Shown in pieces: positions 19,396-28,340 of a stretch of DNA of 64,000 bases. The notes below the pieces were generated by a model. It did no database searches. It worked only from the letters and a program-made list of their open reading frames with translations, and was not told the origin of the DNA. The stretch lies in NCBI GenBank assembly GCA_001004885.1, contig LCRX01000002.1:14043-78042 (forward strand), given 5' to 3'. Every line of letters begins with the position of its first letter. Positions within the stretch are counted from its first letter, which is position 1. This DNA is from Candidatus Magasanikbacteria bacterium GW2011_GWA2_56_11. GTDB lineage: Bacteria > Patescibacteriota > Patescibacteriia > Magasanikbacterales > UBA922. The translations under genes were made by a program, and so were the position numbers.

Positions 19396-20264
19396 ACCGC
19401 AATCTCAAAGCTGATTTTGGGATAGCTCTCGTAGGCGAGAAGTTTCGTGTCCTCGGCTTTCCAGTCGAAAATGGAGGTGAAATTTTCGGTTTCGATCCGG
19501 GGCAACGGGTACTTGTTCGGATCGCGCGTTAGTTGCTCTTTGGCCCCTTCAAGATGATTTTTGTAGATATGCACGTCGGCCAGGAAGCCAACGAGTTTTC
19601 CTTCTTGGCAGCCGGTTTCTTTGGCCAAGAGGTGGAGGAGCGTGGCGTAGCTCGCGATATTAAACGGCAGGCCGAGCATGGTGTCGACCGAACGTTGGTT
19701 CCAGAGGAGATTGAGGCGGCCTTTGATGACCGTTACCTGGTAAGAGTAATGGCAGGGCGGCAGCGCCATCTCTGGGAGCATGGCGGCGTTCCAGGAATTC
19801 ACGATCAGGCGGCGGTCGCCCGGGTCGGCCTTGAGGGTTTCGACCACCCGCTTGAGCTGGTCGACTCCTTGTCCGCTGTAGTCGGCATCGTACCCCCGGT
19901 AGGCGGCCCCGAAATGCCGCCACTGGAATCCGTAGACCGGGCCGAGATCGCGCTCGTTGAGCATGCGTTCCTTCGCCGTCGCGTCATGGCCGTACGGGGC
20001 TTTGACCGGCGTCGCCCATTCATCCCAAATGTGGTTGTTGCGTTCTTGGAGCCATTGTTTGTCAGTAATGCCTTTAATAAAAAATTCGAGTTCGGAGGCG
20101 ACTACCCTAAAAGGTATTTTTTTGGTGGTAAGAAGCGGGAAGCCCGCGGCCATGTCGTGCTCGAACATCGCGCCGGCGATGGCGACGGTGCCGACGCCGG
20201 TGCGGTCGGCTTTTTCCTCGCCGGTTTCGAGCACCCGGCGGACGATGTCGAGGTAGGTTTGCAT
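19392..20264 (-). CDS. thyA: Thymidylate synthase
   Basis: DRTGVGT, LPPCH active-site Cys region, NIASYA. Confidence 0.92.
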   Translation of the reverse strand: MQTYLDIVRRVLETGEEKADRTGVGTVAIAGAMFEHDMAAGFPLLTTKKIPFRVVASELEFFIKGITDKQWLQERNNHIWDEWATPVKAPYGHDATAKERMLNERDLGPVYGFQWRHFGAAYRGYDADYSGQGVDQLKRVVETLKADPGDRRLIVNSWNAAMLPEMALPPCHYSYQVTVIKGRLNLLWNQRSVDTMLGLPFNIASYATLLHLLAKETGCQEGKLVGFLADVHIYKNHLEGAKEQLTRDPNKYPLPRIETENFTSIFDWKAEDTKLLAYESYPKISFEIAV

Positions 20265-20275
20265 GTGATTGGGGG

Positions 20276-20707
20276 TTAGCCGCCGGTGCTGCCAAAGCCG
20301 CCGCGGCTCTCTGCGGACATCGTTTCGGTTTCAAGCCAGTCGGCACGATCAATTTTGACAAATATTCCTTGAGCCAGCCGTTCGCCGCGTTCGATCGTTA
20401 CCTCATGGTCAGTGAAATTGTAGGCCAGAAGATGGATTTCATCCGCGTTGCCGCAATAGTCCTGGTCGATGATGCCGATGCCGTTTCTCATGGTCAAGCC
20501 TTTCTTTTTGGCCGAACTCGACCGGGCAGAAATCATGAGCATATAACCGGGTGGCGTGGCAATAATAAGATTGGTGGGGAGAAAAGCGGTTTCCCCGGCT
20601 TTGATCGTGGCTGGAATTCGAGAATAAATATCGAAAGCAGCCGCTCCCGGTGTTTGGTAATCAGGAAGGGGGAGGCTGGGGTCAAAGCGTTTGATCTTAA
20701 CCTGCAT
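20276..20707 (-). CDS. dut: dUTP diphosphatase
   Basis: AAFDIYS, ARSSSAKKKGL, GIIDQDY motifs. Confidence 0.9.
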   Translation of the reverse strand: MQVKIKRFDPSLPLPDYQTPGAAAFDIYSRIPATIKAGETAFLPTNLIIATPPGYMLMISARSSSAKKKGLTMRNGIGIIDQDYCGNADEIHLLAYNFTDHEVTIERGERLAQGIFVKIDRADWLETETMSAESRGGFGSTGG

Positions 20708-20716
20708 ACTACTTTT

Positions 20717-21280
20717 TTAGGCCGTAGCCCGGAGTTTCGCCACGATCTCGTCCATTTGGCGGTACAATTCTTCGAGCGGTCCATTGTTATCCACGATAAA
20801 ATCCGCGCCGGCGGCGACTTCCTTTATCTTGGTTTCCGTTTCCTTTTGGCCCTCTTTTTGGAAATCTGCCCACGTTTTGGTCTGGTCGTCGGTTTTTTCG
20901 CTGCGTTTGAGCAGCCGTTCGTAGCGCGTGCGTTCGGCCGCGACCAGGCTTACCAGCCGGTAGCCCGGCAGGGCGCGCAGATAGGCGACGTCGGTCGGGC
21001 GGCGGACTCCCTCGGTGATAATGAAATCGGCCGCTGCCTCGGCCACGTCGCGCGCGATGACTTGGGACATGATGTCTTCGCCGAAAGTTTGCCTGAGAGC
21101 GGTAGACAGATCCTGGAAATTTTCACGCGCCGGCTCTATATGCAGGCGCTCTAAAATATCCCCGAGCATGTCGGAAAAGCGGAACGTAACCGCGCCGTAT
21201 TTTTCTTTGAGATAGCTGGTTATCGTAGATTTGCCCGCTCCCATCTCGCCGATGATGCCGAGGATAATTTTGGCGCTCAT
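20717..21280 (-). CDS. P-loop nucleoside/nucleotide kinase (putative dNMP or dephospho-CoA-like kinase)
   Basis: IILGIIGEMGAGKST Walker A; about 187 aa from MSAKIIL; ATGA overlap with the upstream dCMP deaminase. Confidence 0.55.
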   Translation of the reverse strand: MSAKIILGIIGEMGAGKSTITSYLKEKYGAVTFRFSDMLGDILERLHIEPARENFQDLSTALRQTFGEDIMSQVIARDVAEAAADFIITEGVRRPTDVAYLRALPGYRLVSLVAAERTRYERLLKRSEKTDDQTKTWADFQKEGQKETETKIKEVAAGADFIVDNNGPLEELYRQMDEIVAKLRATA

Positions 21281-21789
21281 ACGGACGGTTGGGTAAAAGT
21301 TATCGGCGCCGCAGAGGGCAGAGAAGATTCGGCCCAGTCCGAGATGTATTGGCGGTACGCGACGCCGGCGGCGTCGAAGAGTCGGCGCGAAGCGACAAAG
21401 GCGTCTACGTCGTGGTACTTGTCGCTCTCGAAGACTATCTCCCGGATGCCGTTTTGGATGAGAGTTTTGGCGCACTCGTTGCAGGGGAAAAGGGTACAGT
21501 AAATCTTGCAGTCCTGGGTGGAGTTATTGGCGTTGTAAACGGCGTTTTCCTCGGCGTGGCAAACGTAGGCGTACTTGGTGTCGAGAAACGAACCCTCGCG
21601 GTTCCAGGTGAAGGACTCGGCCTCGACGCCGCGGGGAAAGCCGTTGTACCCCAGACCGACTACGACGTTGTTTCGGTCGGCCACCACGGCCCCGGCCTGG
21701 GTAGAGGGGTCTTTGGAGCGTTCGGCGATGACTCTGGCCATGCGCATAAAGCATTCGTCCCAGGAGATGTGGTTCGCTCTTGGCTGCAT
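21277..21789 (-). CDS. dCMP deaminase (cytidine/deoxycytidylate deaminase family)
   Basis: HAEENA…PCNECAK zinc-binding motifs. Confidence 0.85.
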   Translation of the reverse strand: MQPRANHISWDECFMRMARVIAERSKDPSTQAGAVVADRNNVVVGLGYNGFPRGVEAESFTWNREGSFLDTKYAYVCHAEENAVYNANNSTQDCKIYCTLFPCNECAKTLIQNGIREIVFESDKYHDVDAFVASRRLFDAAGVAYRQYISDWAESSLPSAAPITFTQPSV

Positions 21790-21984
21790 AGAGAAAGGGG
21801 TTAGTTTCCCTCATTCTAACAGAGACCCTGGGGTTTGCCAAGGTGGGCGGGAATGGGCAAAAGTTGGTTACAGGGGGGCTCATTGGGCGGGTGCGTAAAA
21901 GTGAGGGTGGATGCACAATTTGGGTACTGGTGTTATAATGATGTGGTATTTGACGCTTACGGCATTAATTTTTTTGTCCAAAAT

Positions 21985-22410
21985 ATGAATTGGGTTCTGC
22001 TTGCGCTAATCACGGCTATATTTTTTGGAACATACAATTTTTTTATAAAGGTATCGGCAGGCCACATTAATCAAATTGTTGGAGCCGTTATTTTGCAGAT
22101 TGTCGCTGCGTCTGTGGGGGGGGTAGTATTGCTTTTTTTGAAGATGACACACAGTCCTCTGGCAATTACTTCTAGGGGGATTTGGTTCGCACTCCTGGCT
22201 GGAATTATGGTGGGGCTGGCAGAAATTACCTCGTTTTACTTTTTTGCTAAAGGCGTGCCGGCCTCAGTAGGCATTCCAGTGGTTATCGGCGGTTCAATTT
22301 TAGTGGGTGCTTTGCTTGGCGTGGCGTTCCTCCACGAAACATTAACTTTAATTCACTATTCCGCCATCCTGCTGATTATTATCGGAGTAGTTTTCTTGAC
22401 TGCTAAGTAG
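21985..22410 (+). CDS. EamA/DMT-family small membrane transporter (4 TM)
   Basis: 141 aa, hydrophobic; locally low GC; start at MNWVLLAL. Confidence 0.6.
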   Translation: MNWVLLALITAIFFGTYNFFIKVSAGHINQIVGAVILQIVAASVGGVVLLFLKMTHSPLAITSRGIWFALLAGIMVGLAEITSFYFFAKGVPASVGIPVVIGGSILVGALLGVAFLHETLTLIHYSAILLIIIGVVFLTAK

Positions 22411-22490
22411 CGGTATGGTGGCGATTGGGTTTCGGGTACAGAATTAAGGGGTTAAAAAACCGGCCGCGAAACAAAATCCAAGTTCTGAAT

Positions 22491-22518
22491 TTGACTAATT
22501 CCATCTTTCGGCTATACT
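22491..22518 (+). promoter_or_regulatory. Promoter TTGACT-16-TATACT for hicBA
   Basis: ttgact aattccatctttcggc tatact, 23 nt upstream of the hicB ATG. Confidence 0.55.
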
Positions 22519-22541
22519 AGGGGTGTAGGTAACCTAGATTT

Positions 22542-22760
22542 ATGAGTAATTTAGACCTAAAGGCCGCGGTCTGGAAAGAGGGAAAATACTTTGTTTCCCA
22601 GTGCCTGAACGTGGACGTTTCCAGTTACGGCAAAACAAAAAAAGAAGCCCTGGGCAATCTTCTCGAAGCTCTGCAGTTGTATTTTGAAGGCGTCCGCAAA
22701 CCGAAGCTGTCCGAAGTTAAGCAGCCCGATGTGGTGTCACTTAAGCTCCGGCATGCCTAA
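22542..22760 (+). CDS. hicB: HicB-family antitoxin
   Basis: 72 aa; KEGKYFVSQCLNVDVSSYGKTKKEALGNLLEALQLYFE matches the HicB/UPF0150 fold. Confidence 0.8.
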   Translation: MSNLDLKAAVWKEGKYFVSQCLNVDVSSYGKTKKEALGNLLEALQLYFEGVRKPKLSEVKQPDVVSLKLRHA

Positions 22761-22983
22761 GCCTGTATCGTTAAAGGTTATTTTGAAAGTCCTTGAGATA
22801 AAGGGCTTCTTTTTTGTTTCCCAAAAAGGCAGCCATGCGAAGTACAGAAATAGCAGCGATCCGGTCCGGACGGTTATCGTGCCAATCCACGGCAGAGAAA
22901 TTCCCTACGGCACTTTTCGGTCTATTTTGCGTCAAGCTAATTTGACGGAAGAGGACTCCGAAATAACGAGCCAATCTTTCTAA
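22753..22983 (+). CDS. hicA: HicA-family mRNA interferase toxin
   Basis: PVSLKVILKVLEIKGFFFVSQKGSHAKYRN…VIVPIHGREIPYGTFRSILRQANL; 8-nt overlap with hicB. Confidence 0.8.
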   Translation: MPKPVSLKVILKVLEIKGFFFVSQKGSHAKYRNSSDPVRTVIVPIHGREIPYGTFRSILRQANLTEEDSEITSQSF

Positions 22984-24080
22984 GTTTCCGCCAGAACGAA
23001 AACGCTGCCGGCAGCCGCATCAATCCGGACTAGTTGGCCATCTCTGAGCACCGAGGTGGCCGTTTTGGTTCCTACGATGCAGGGCTTCCGGAGCTCCCGG
23101 CTGACAATGGCCGCGTGCGAGAGGATATTGCCGCGGTCGGTGATGATGGCGCCGGCGCGTTTCATAAGCGGCACGTACTCGACCATGGTCATGGGGCAGA
23201 CCAGGATGTCGCCGTCGTTGAAGTCGGCCGTTATCGGGTCGGTAACAACGCGGACCCGCCCCTCGACCATGCCCGGGCAAGCGCAAATGCCGGTGAGGTC
23301 TCCGGCCGATTCGGGCAGAGCCGCCCGGGCGTCTTTGAGCAGGGTGTACAGGAGTCGGTTGTAATCTATAAACTGGATTTCTCCCGAGGGGAGGACCACG
23401 AACTCGAAGTAGCCTTTGATATGCCCGCTCGGGGTAAATTCTGCCGCTACGCTCTTTTGCAGTTTGGCCCGGAGGCCTGGGTCCGCGACTTTGACGGCGT
23501 CTAGGGCCGACTGGGCGACATTTTGGATATCAGGATCCGGTTCAGACAGCTGGCAGCGCGAGAAATCGTGCGCGAAACTCACGATGGCGTGGTCGTTTAT
23601 GCCCTGGGTCAGCTGCCAGTGCCAGCCGGGCACGATTTCGCCGTAGGCGCCGTGATCGTTGATGAGAAAAATGGCGGCGTAGGGCGTAATTCCGTCTGGG
23701 TGCGGGATGACTTCGACCCGGTACTGGTCCGGATCGATCGCTTGTTCGGAAAACCAGATCAGGTTTTCCTTGAGCGTTTTGCCCCGGACGCGCAGCTTGG
23801 GTAGTTCGGGGTTGTAGGGTATGAGCCGGAGCGCGGTTGGGCGGTCGCCGTGGCTCTTTAGGACCTCGGCAAAGCGCGGCGTCCGGTCTGTAATGTCGCG
23901 GGCGGTAAGGCGTTCCGGACGGTCGTAATTGAGGCCGATTGTTTGGTAAAGCACCTCCAGCCGGTCCCGTTTGGCGTTGTCCTCGGCCCGGAAAGCCTCG
24001 GCGTCGCGGTGGCCGATTTTCTGCAGCCACTCGGTGAGCGAAGGCATGACAGCGTCTTTGATTTCGGAGATGGTGTCCAT
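22980..24080 (-). CDS. Protein with C-terminal PEP-utilising-enzyme mobile (phosphohistidine swivel) domain and unknown ~270-aa N-terminal domain
   Basis: GNILSHAAIVSRELRKPCIVG matches the GGxTSHAAIxAREL swivel signature; high GC, unlike the flanking TA modules. Confidence 0.7.
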   Translation of the reverse strand: MDTISEIKDAVMPSLTEWLQKIGHRDAEAFRAEDNAKRDRLEVLYQTIGLNYDRPERLTARDITDRTPRFAEVLKSHGDRPTALRLIPYNPELPKLRVRGKTLKENLIWFSEQAIDPDQYRVEVIPHPDGITPYAAIFLINDHGAYGEIVPGWHWQLTQGINDHAIVSFAHDFSRCQLSEPDPDIQNVAQSALDAVKVADPGLRAKLQKSVAAEFTPSGHIKGYFEFVVLPSGEIQFIDYNRLLYTLLKDARAALPESAGDLTGICACPGMVEGRVRVVTDPITADFNDGDILVCPMTMVEYVPLMKRAGAIITDRGNILSHAAIVSRELRKPCIVGTKTATSVLRDGQLVRIDAAAGSVFVLAET

Positions 24081-24121
24081 GTTTTTATTTTAGCAGATTT
24101 GGTTGCTTGTGGACAGGCCAG

Positions 24122-24150
24122 TTGACATTATAACAAATTTGTTATACGCT
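24122..24150 (+). promoter_or_regulatory. higBA promoter with overlapping palindromic operator
   Basis: ttgaca ttataacaaatttgttata cg: -35 TTGACA followed by a perfect 9-bp-arm palindrome TTATAACAA/TTGTTATAA covering the -10 region. Confidence 0.55.
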
Positions 24151-24180
24151 AAATAAGCGGAGGTTTTATTCTTTAAATTT

Positions 24181-24510
24181 ATGCACCTAGAGTTTTGGAG
24201 GGCTCGAGGCGGATCTTCGGATATAGAGGAATTTATGGTCGGTTTGGATGATGCCCAAAAAGACAAGCTCGGATTGGGCTTTGCCGTCCTTGATAAGCAT
24301 GGGTTGCATCTCGCCTTAATATCCCAGCTGGTAAAGCTCGTACATAAAGACCGTCCTAAAGTTTACGAATTGAGATCAGGTAATATTCGCGTCTTGTTCG
24401 GTATTCACAACGGAGTTTATTGGCTATTAGACGGTTTTAGAAAAAAAAGTCGGCAGACGCCGCCCAATCGTCTGAAGAAAGCTGTTGGCCGGATTCAGTC
24501 AATAATATAG
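24181..24510 (+). CDS. higB: HigB/RelE-family (Gp49-like) toxin
   Basis: KVYELRSGNIRVLFGIHNGVYWLLDGFRKKSRQTPPNRLKKA matches the Gp49/HigB core. Confidence 0.75.
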   Translation: MHLEFWRARGGSSDIEEFMVGLDDAQKDKLGLGFAVLDKHGLHLALISQLVKLVHKDRPKVYELRSGNIRVLFGIHNGVYWLLDGFRKKSRQTPPNRLKKAVGRIQSII

Positions 24511-24515
24511 CTCTT

Positions 24516-24947
24516 ATGAAATTAGAAGAACTTAGAAATGGCTTGCTGAGCAATGTCTATAGCCGCGGCGAGAAAAAGAGGCCGCTAGGCTTGGAAATTT
24601 CGCAGATGGTGCTGGAAGCGAGGGTATCTCTCGGTTGGACACAGCAAAAATTGGCCGATCGTATGGGGACGAAACAGCCAAGCATAGCCAGGCTGGAAAA
24701 AGGCGTTGGTTTGCCCAGCCTTTCTTTCCTTGAAAAGATGGCCGAAGTCTTTGGTACGCGATTGGTTCCTCCCCGTTTTGAATTTTTAGACGGCGCTACT
24801 ATGCAAACCGGGGCTGAACTCTCGACCAGGAATATCAGCCGCAACTCTGAGCCGGCTGGGGCTGTCGGCTGCCCTTTTGTGGTCGTGGATGTTAAAAATT
24901 TAACTTCAGGATACAGGTCGTCCCAGGCTATGTTTATTCAGCAGTAA
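24516..24947 (+). CDS. higA: XRE-family HTH antitoxin (HigA-like)
   Basis: LGWTQQKLADRMGTKQPSIARLEKG helix-turn-helix; immediately follows higB. Confidence 0.75.
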   Translation: MKLEELRNGLLSNVYSRGEKKRPLGLEISQMVLEARVSLGWTQQKLADRMGTKQPSIARLEKGVGLPSLSFLEKMAEVFGTRLVPPRFEFLDGATMQTGAELSTRNISRNSEPAGAVGCPFVVVDVKNLTSGYRSSQAMFIQQ

Positions 24948-24954
24948 AATACCT

Positions 24955-25416
24955 ATGGGCCTTAACGTAGAGCATATTTGGACTGTCCTTTGTAAGACTA
25001 CGGCGATTGACCAGCAAACGAATAATATTAGTCTTTTTAACGTGGTTGAAGAACTGAGGATAGAAGTTGAGACGCATGACAGACACGCCGCGCACCCGAC
25101 ATTGTCAAAGGATCTCGTGATACCGGCTGAAATGGCGCTCGTTTCCTTGTGGAAAAGAATAAATGCAAATGCGGCGGCAGCGTATGCCGGCGTTATTTGT
25201 CTGAAATCCCCCACGGGGGTTATCCTATCCGAGGACGCTTTTGAAGTTAGGTTTAATTCGTCTCAGAAAAGGCTGCGCACGATATTGAACTTTAGGGGGA
25301 TCAAGGTGGCCGAACCGGGTGAGCATATATTCGAGGTTTGCCTTAAGCTAAATCGCCATGCCAGTCCTGAACCAGTGGTGAAGATACCTCTCGATGTTAA
25401 GATTGTCAGACGATAA
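24955..25416 (+). CDS. Hypothetical protein, translationally coupled to higA
   Basis: 153 aa, starts 8 nt after the higA stop; low GC; ends at a bidirectional terminator. Confidence 0.5.
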   Translation: MGLNVEHIWTVLCKTTAIDQQTNNISLFNVVEELRIEVETHDRHAAHPTLSKDLVIPAEMALVSLWKRINANAAAAYAGVICLKSPTGVILSEDAFEVRFNSSQKRLRTILNFRGIKVAEPGEHIFEVCLKLNRHASPEPVVKIPLDVKIVRR

Positions 25417-25450
25417 AAAACCGTCCCGGTTTAGCGGGACGGTTTTTTTG
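25415..25450. terminator. Bidirectional rho-independent terminator
   Basis: aaaaaaccgtcccggtttagcgggacggtttttttg. Confidence 0.8.
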
Positions 25451-25467
25451 TTTTGAACCTGGGTTAT

Positions 25468-26157
25468 TTACTGCGGAATTTCCAGCTTCACGCTCGGCCC
25501 CATGGCGCTGGTGAGATAGAGGCCTTTGAGGTAGTTGCCCTTGGCGCTCGCCGGCTTGATGCGTTTGAGAGTGTCAACAAACGCCGTGATGTTTTCTTTC
25601 AACTGCTCATCCGTGAAGCTCACTTTGCCGACCGCGATATGGAGGTTCGCGCCGTCGTCATTTTTGAAAGCGGCTTTGCCTTTTTTAAGATCGGTAACCA
25701 TTTTTTTTACGTCCGGTCCGACGGTTTCGGTTTTCGGATTCGGCATGAGGCCTTTGGGACCGAGCACCTTCGCGGCGACCGCGAGCTTCGGCATCATGTC
25801 CGGGGTGGCGACGGCGATATCGAACTCAATTTTGAGCGTGCCGTCTTTGATCTTTTTGATATCCTCTTCGCCGTAGACGAAGTCCGCGCCGGCTTCTTGG
25901 GCCGTTTTTTCGTTGTTGGCGCCCACGAAAGCGGCGACTTTTTTGGTTTTGCCGGTGCCGTGCGGCAAGGCCACGGTGGCGCGGATCTGCTGGTCGCTTT
26001 TGGTCGGGTCAACGCCGAGACGGACGTGCACCTCGACCGAGGCGTCGAATTTGACGTTGCTCGTCTGCTTGATAAGCGCGATACCCTCGCTCAGCGAGTA
26101 GGTCTTGGTCTTGTCGACCAGAGCCTTGAGGGCTGTCATCCGTTTGGATTTGGCCAT
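25468..26157 (-). CDS. rplA: 50S ribosomal protein L1
   Basis: ALPHGTGKTKKVAAF, VLGPKGLMPNPK motifs. Confidence 0.93.
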   Translation of the reverse strand: MAKSKRMTALKALVDKTKTYSLSEGIALIKQTSNVKFDASVEVHVRLGVDPTKSDQQIRATVALPHGTGKTKKVAAFVGANNEKTAQEAGADFVYGEEDIKKIKDGTLKIEFDIAVATPDMMPKLAVAAKVLGPKGLMPNPKTETVGPDVKKMVTDLKKGKAAFKNDDGANLHIAVGKVSFTDEQLKENITAFVDTLKRIKPASAKGNYLKGLYLTSAMGPSVKLEIPQ

Positions 26158-26244
26158 AAACTATGTGTCTATTCCGGTAATCCCCGGAGTAGCGTGGTCG
26201 GTAACCCCCGAGTGGTCGGGGTGCCACGAAAATAACGTGCGGTA

Positions 26245-26273
26245 TTTATACCGGAAACCGGCCGTTTTGTCAA
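26245..26273 (-). promoter_or_regulatory. rplA promoter TTGACA-17-TATAAA (minus strand) with ~80-nt structured leader
   Basis: Minus-strand read: ttgacaaaacggccggtttccggtataaat; the leader contains GC hairpins (ccccgagtggtcgggg) and may be an L1 autoregulatory site. Confidence 0.5.
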
Positions 26274-26282
26274 GGGACGACA

Positions 26283-26660
26283 CTATCGGTATTCAAGCGG
26301 AAAACCTTCCTTTCCGGCCACGGCGATCGGCGCCGCGGTGAAATGACCGGAGTATCTTTTTTTCAGCTCTGCCCCGGACTCGTTCTGCCGCGGTCCGCCC
26401 TGGCAAGCGGACAATAGGAGTCCGATATGCACGGCTGTTTCGCGGTCGAGCCAATAGCCGGTGTGGGCCACAGATTCGTCGTCGAGCGCCCCGCGCCGTG
26501 ACTCTTCGTAGATCGCCATGCCCCGCTTGCCGCAGCGGTCGCACTCTATACTCTGGATCGCGACCTCGTCAAAGTTGCCCGCGGCTCCGATATCCACGCT
26601 CTGCAGAATCCGGAGCGACCGGGAAGTTTCGCAGTGGGGGCACCAAAAACCGTCGGCCAT
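26283..26660 (-). CDS. Hypothetical zinc-ribbon protein
   Basis: CPHCETS…CDRCGKRG Cys pairs. Confidence 0.45.
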   Translation of the reverse strand: MADGFWCPHCETSRSLRILQSVDIGAAGNFDEVAIQSIECDRCGKRGMAIYEESRRGALDDESVAHTGYWLDRETAVHIGLLLSACQGGPRQNESGAELKKRYSGHFTAAPIAVAGKEGFPLEYR

Positions 26661-26700
26661 ATATAGTTAGTGTTAAACTGTCTAATAACCTGGCGCCAAG

Positions 26701-27732
26701 TTACCGCCGGCTGACATTATTGGTCGGGTTGCCCGCGAGAAACGCCCGCATGTTTCCGATCGAGGTGTCGATGATGCGTTTGATGGCCTCCGTGGTGTTG
26801 AAGGCGTTGTGCGGAGTAACGATAGTTTTGGGATGGTCTATAAGCAGTGAATTCATCAGGCTGGTTTTGACCGTGCATTCGTCGCACTTGTCCCCGAAGA
26901 TGAGCACCGGGTCGCGCATCACCTCTTCGTCTTCCAGGACATCCAGACCGGCGCCGGCTATCTGGCCGCTTTGCAGCCCGGAAAGGAGGGTGGCGCCGTC
27001 GATGAGGCCGCCGCGGGCCGTGTTTATTATGTAAGCTCCGGGTTTAATTTTTTTGAGATTTTTTTTGCCGATCAGGTGGTGCGTCGCGGGCAAAAGGGGT
27101 ACGTGCAGGGTAATGATATCCGCGCTGCCCAAGAGTTTGGACAGGGGTACGTAGCTAAAGCCGCGCTCGGCCGCGAACTTTTTGTCTGGAAAGGGATCGT
27201 AGGCCACGATGTTCATCTCGAATCCCGCGAGCAGCCGGATGAGCTGTTTGCCGATATGTCCGGTACCGACCACGCCGATAGTTTTGCCTTTCAAATCAAA
27301 ACCGCGCATGCCGTGATAGTCGTATTCTCCCTCCTTGACCCGTTTGACCGATTCGAACAGTTTTTTGGACAGCGCCAGGATGAGCGCCAGTGCGTGCTGG
27401 GCCACGGTGTAGTCGCCGTAGGTGGGAACGTTGCACACCGGAATACCGCGGCGAGAGGCCTCTTTGAGGTCTATATGGTCAAAACCGGTGGAGAGGGTAA
27501 CGACAAGTTTAAGGCGCGGCAGCCGGGCGAAGATATCTTTGGTAACTTTGGAATCGGTAAAGACGCCGAGAATCTCGGTTTTGGGGTCGAGTTCGTCCAC
27601 GGTCAGGACGTCCGGGACAATCCGGTGGGGCAGGCCTTTGATTTGATTTTTGATATACGACGTGAGGTCCGGGGTGAGACTCAAGAAGAAGAGCGCGAAC
27701 GGTTTCTGGTTTTTTTTGGCGGCGCGGGGCAT
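26701..27732 (-). CDS. D-isomer-specific 2-hydroxyacid dehydrogenase (glycerate/lactate/phosphoglycerate DH family)
   Basis: GKTIGVVGTGHIGKQL NAD-binding motif; catalytic-domain hallmarks present. Confidence 0.8.
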   Translation of the reverse strand: MPRAAKKNQKPFALFFLSLTPDLTSYIKNQIKGLPHRIVPDVLTVDELDPKTEILGVFTDSKVTKDIFARLPRLKLVVTLSTGFDHIDLKEASRRGIPVCNVPTYGDYTVAQHALALILALSKKLFESVKRVKEGEYDYHGMRGFDLKGKTIGVVGTGHIGKQLIRLLAGFEMNIVAYDPFPDKKFAAERGFSYVPLSKLLGSADIITLHVPLLPATHHLIGKKNLKKIKPGAYIINTARGGLIDGATLLSGLQSGQIAGAGLDVLEDEEVMRDPVLIFGDKCDECTVKTSLMNSLLIDHPKTIVTPHNAFNTTEAIKRIIDTSIGNMRAFLAGNPTNNVSRR

Positions 27733-27820
27733 AGAGAAGGCGGCTACGATTAGAGCGCCGGCCGGCGCTGTTTGGGGGCGGCTCCGGCCAGGGGGGTAAA
27801 TTCCAGTTTTCTAGTATAGC

Positions 27821-27848
27821 AAAAACTCGCCGGTTTCGGCGAGTTTTT
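27821..27848. terminator. Hairpin terminator downstream of rplK
   Basis: aaaaactcgccggtttcggcgagttttt. Confidence 0.65.
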
Positions 27849-27855
27849 CTCACGG

Positions 27856-28281
27856 TTAGTTTTCCACCGTTACTCCCATCTGGCGGGCCGTGCCAGCGAT
27901 GATCTTCATGGCGGCGTCGATATCGTTGGCGTTCAGGTCCATCATTTTCTTTTCAGCAATTTCGCGCAGCTGCTGCCGGGTAATCTTGCCGACCTTGTCC
28001 TTGAGCGGGCTGGCAGAACCTTTCGGTATGCCGGCCGCCTTCTTGATGAGCTCCGAGGCCGGCGCGACTTTCATGATGAAGTCGAAACTGCGGTCGTCGT
28101 AGACGTTGATGACTATCGGCACGACTTCGCCCTTGCGGTCCTGGGTCTTGTCATTGAACTCCTTGCAGAACGCCTGGATGTTCACGCCGTGCTGGCCGAG
28201 AGCCGGGCCGACCGGAGGGGCCGGATTGGCGGCGCCGCCGGTAATTTGGAGTTTGATCTGGGTGGTAAGTTTTTTGGCCAT
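27856..28281 (-). CDS. rplK: 50S ribosomal protein L11
   Basis: [26 protein letters not shown]. Confidence 0.93.
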   Translation of the reverse strand: MAKKLTTQIKLQITGGAANPAPPVGPALGQHGVNIQAFCKEFNDKTQDRKGEVVPIVINVYDDRSFDFIMKVAPASELIKKAAGIPKGSASPLKDKVGKITRQQLREIAEKKMMDLNANDIDAAMKIIAGTARQMGVTVEN

Positions 28282-28340
28282 AGGTGCTTAGTTCTCCTGT
28301 GAGAAGCGTCCCGGGAAGGAACCACAGGGTTTGTAGGTGT

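Noticed and set aside
19533-20279. 248-aa + strand ORF
   Set aside because: Antisense to thyA.
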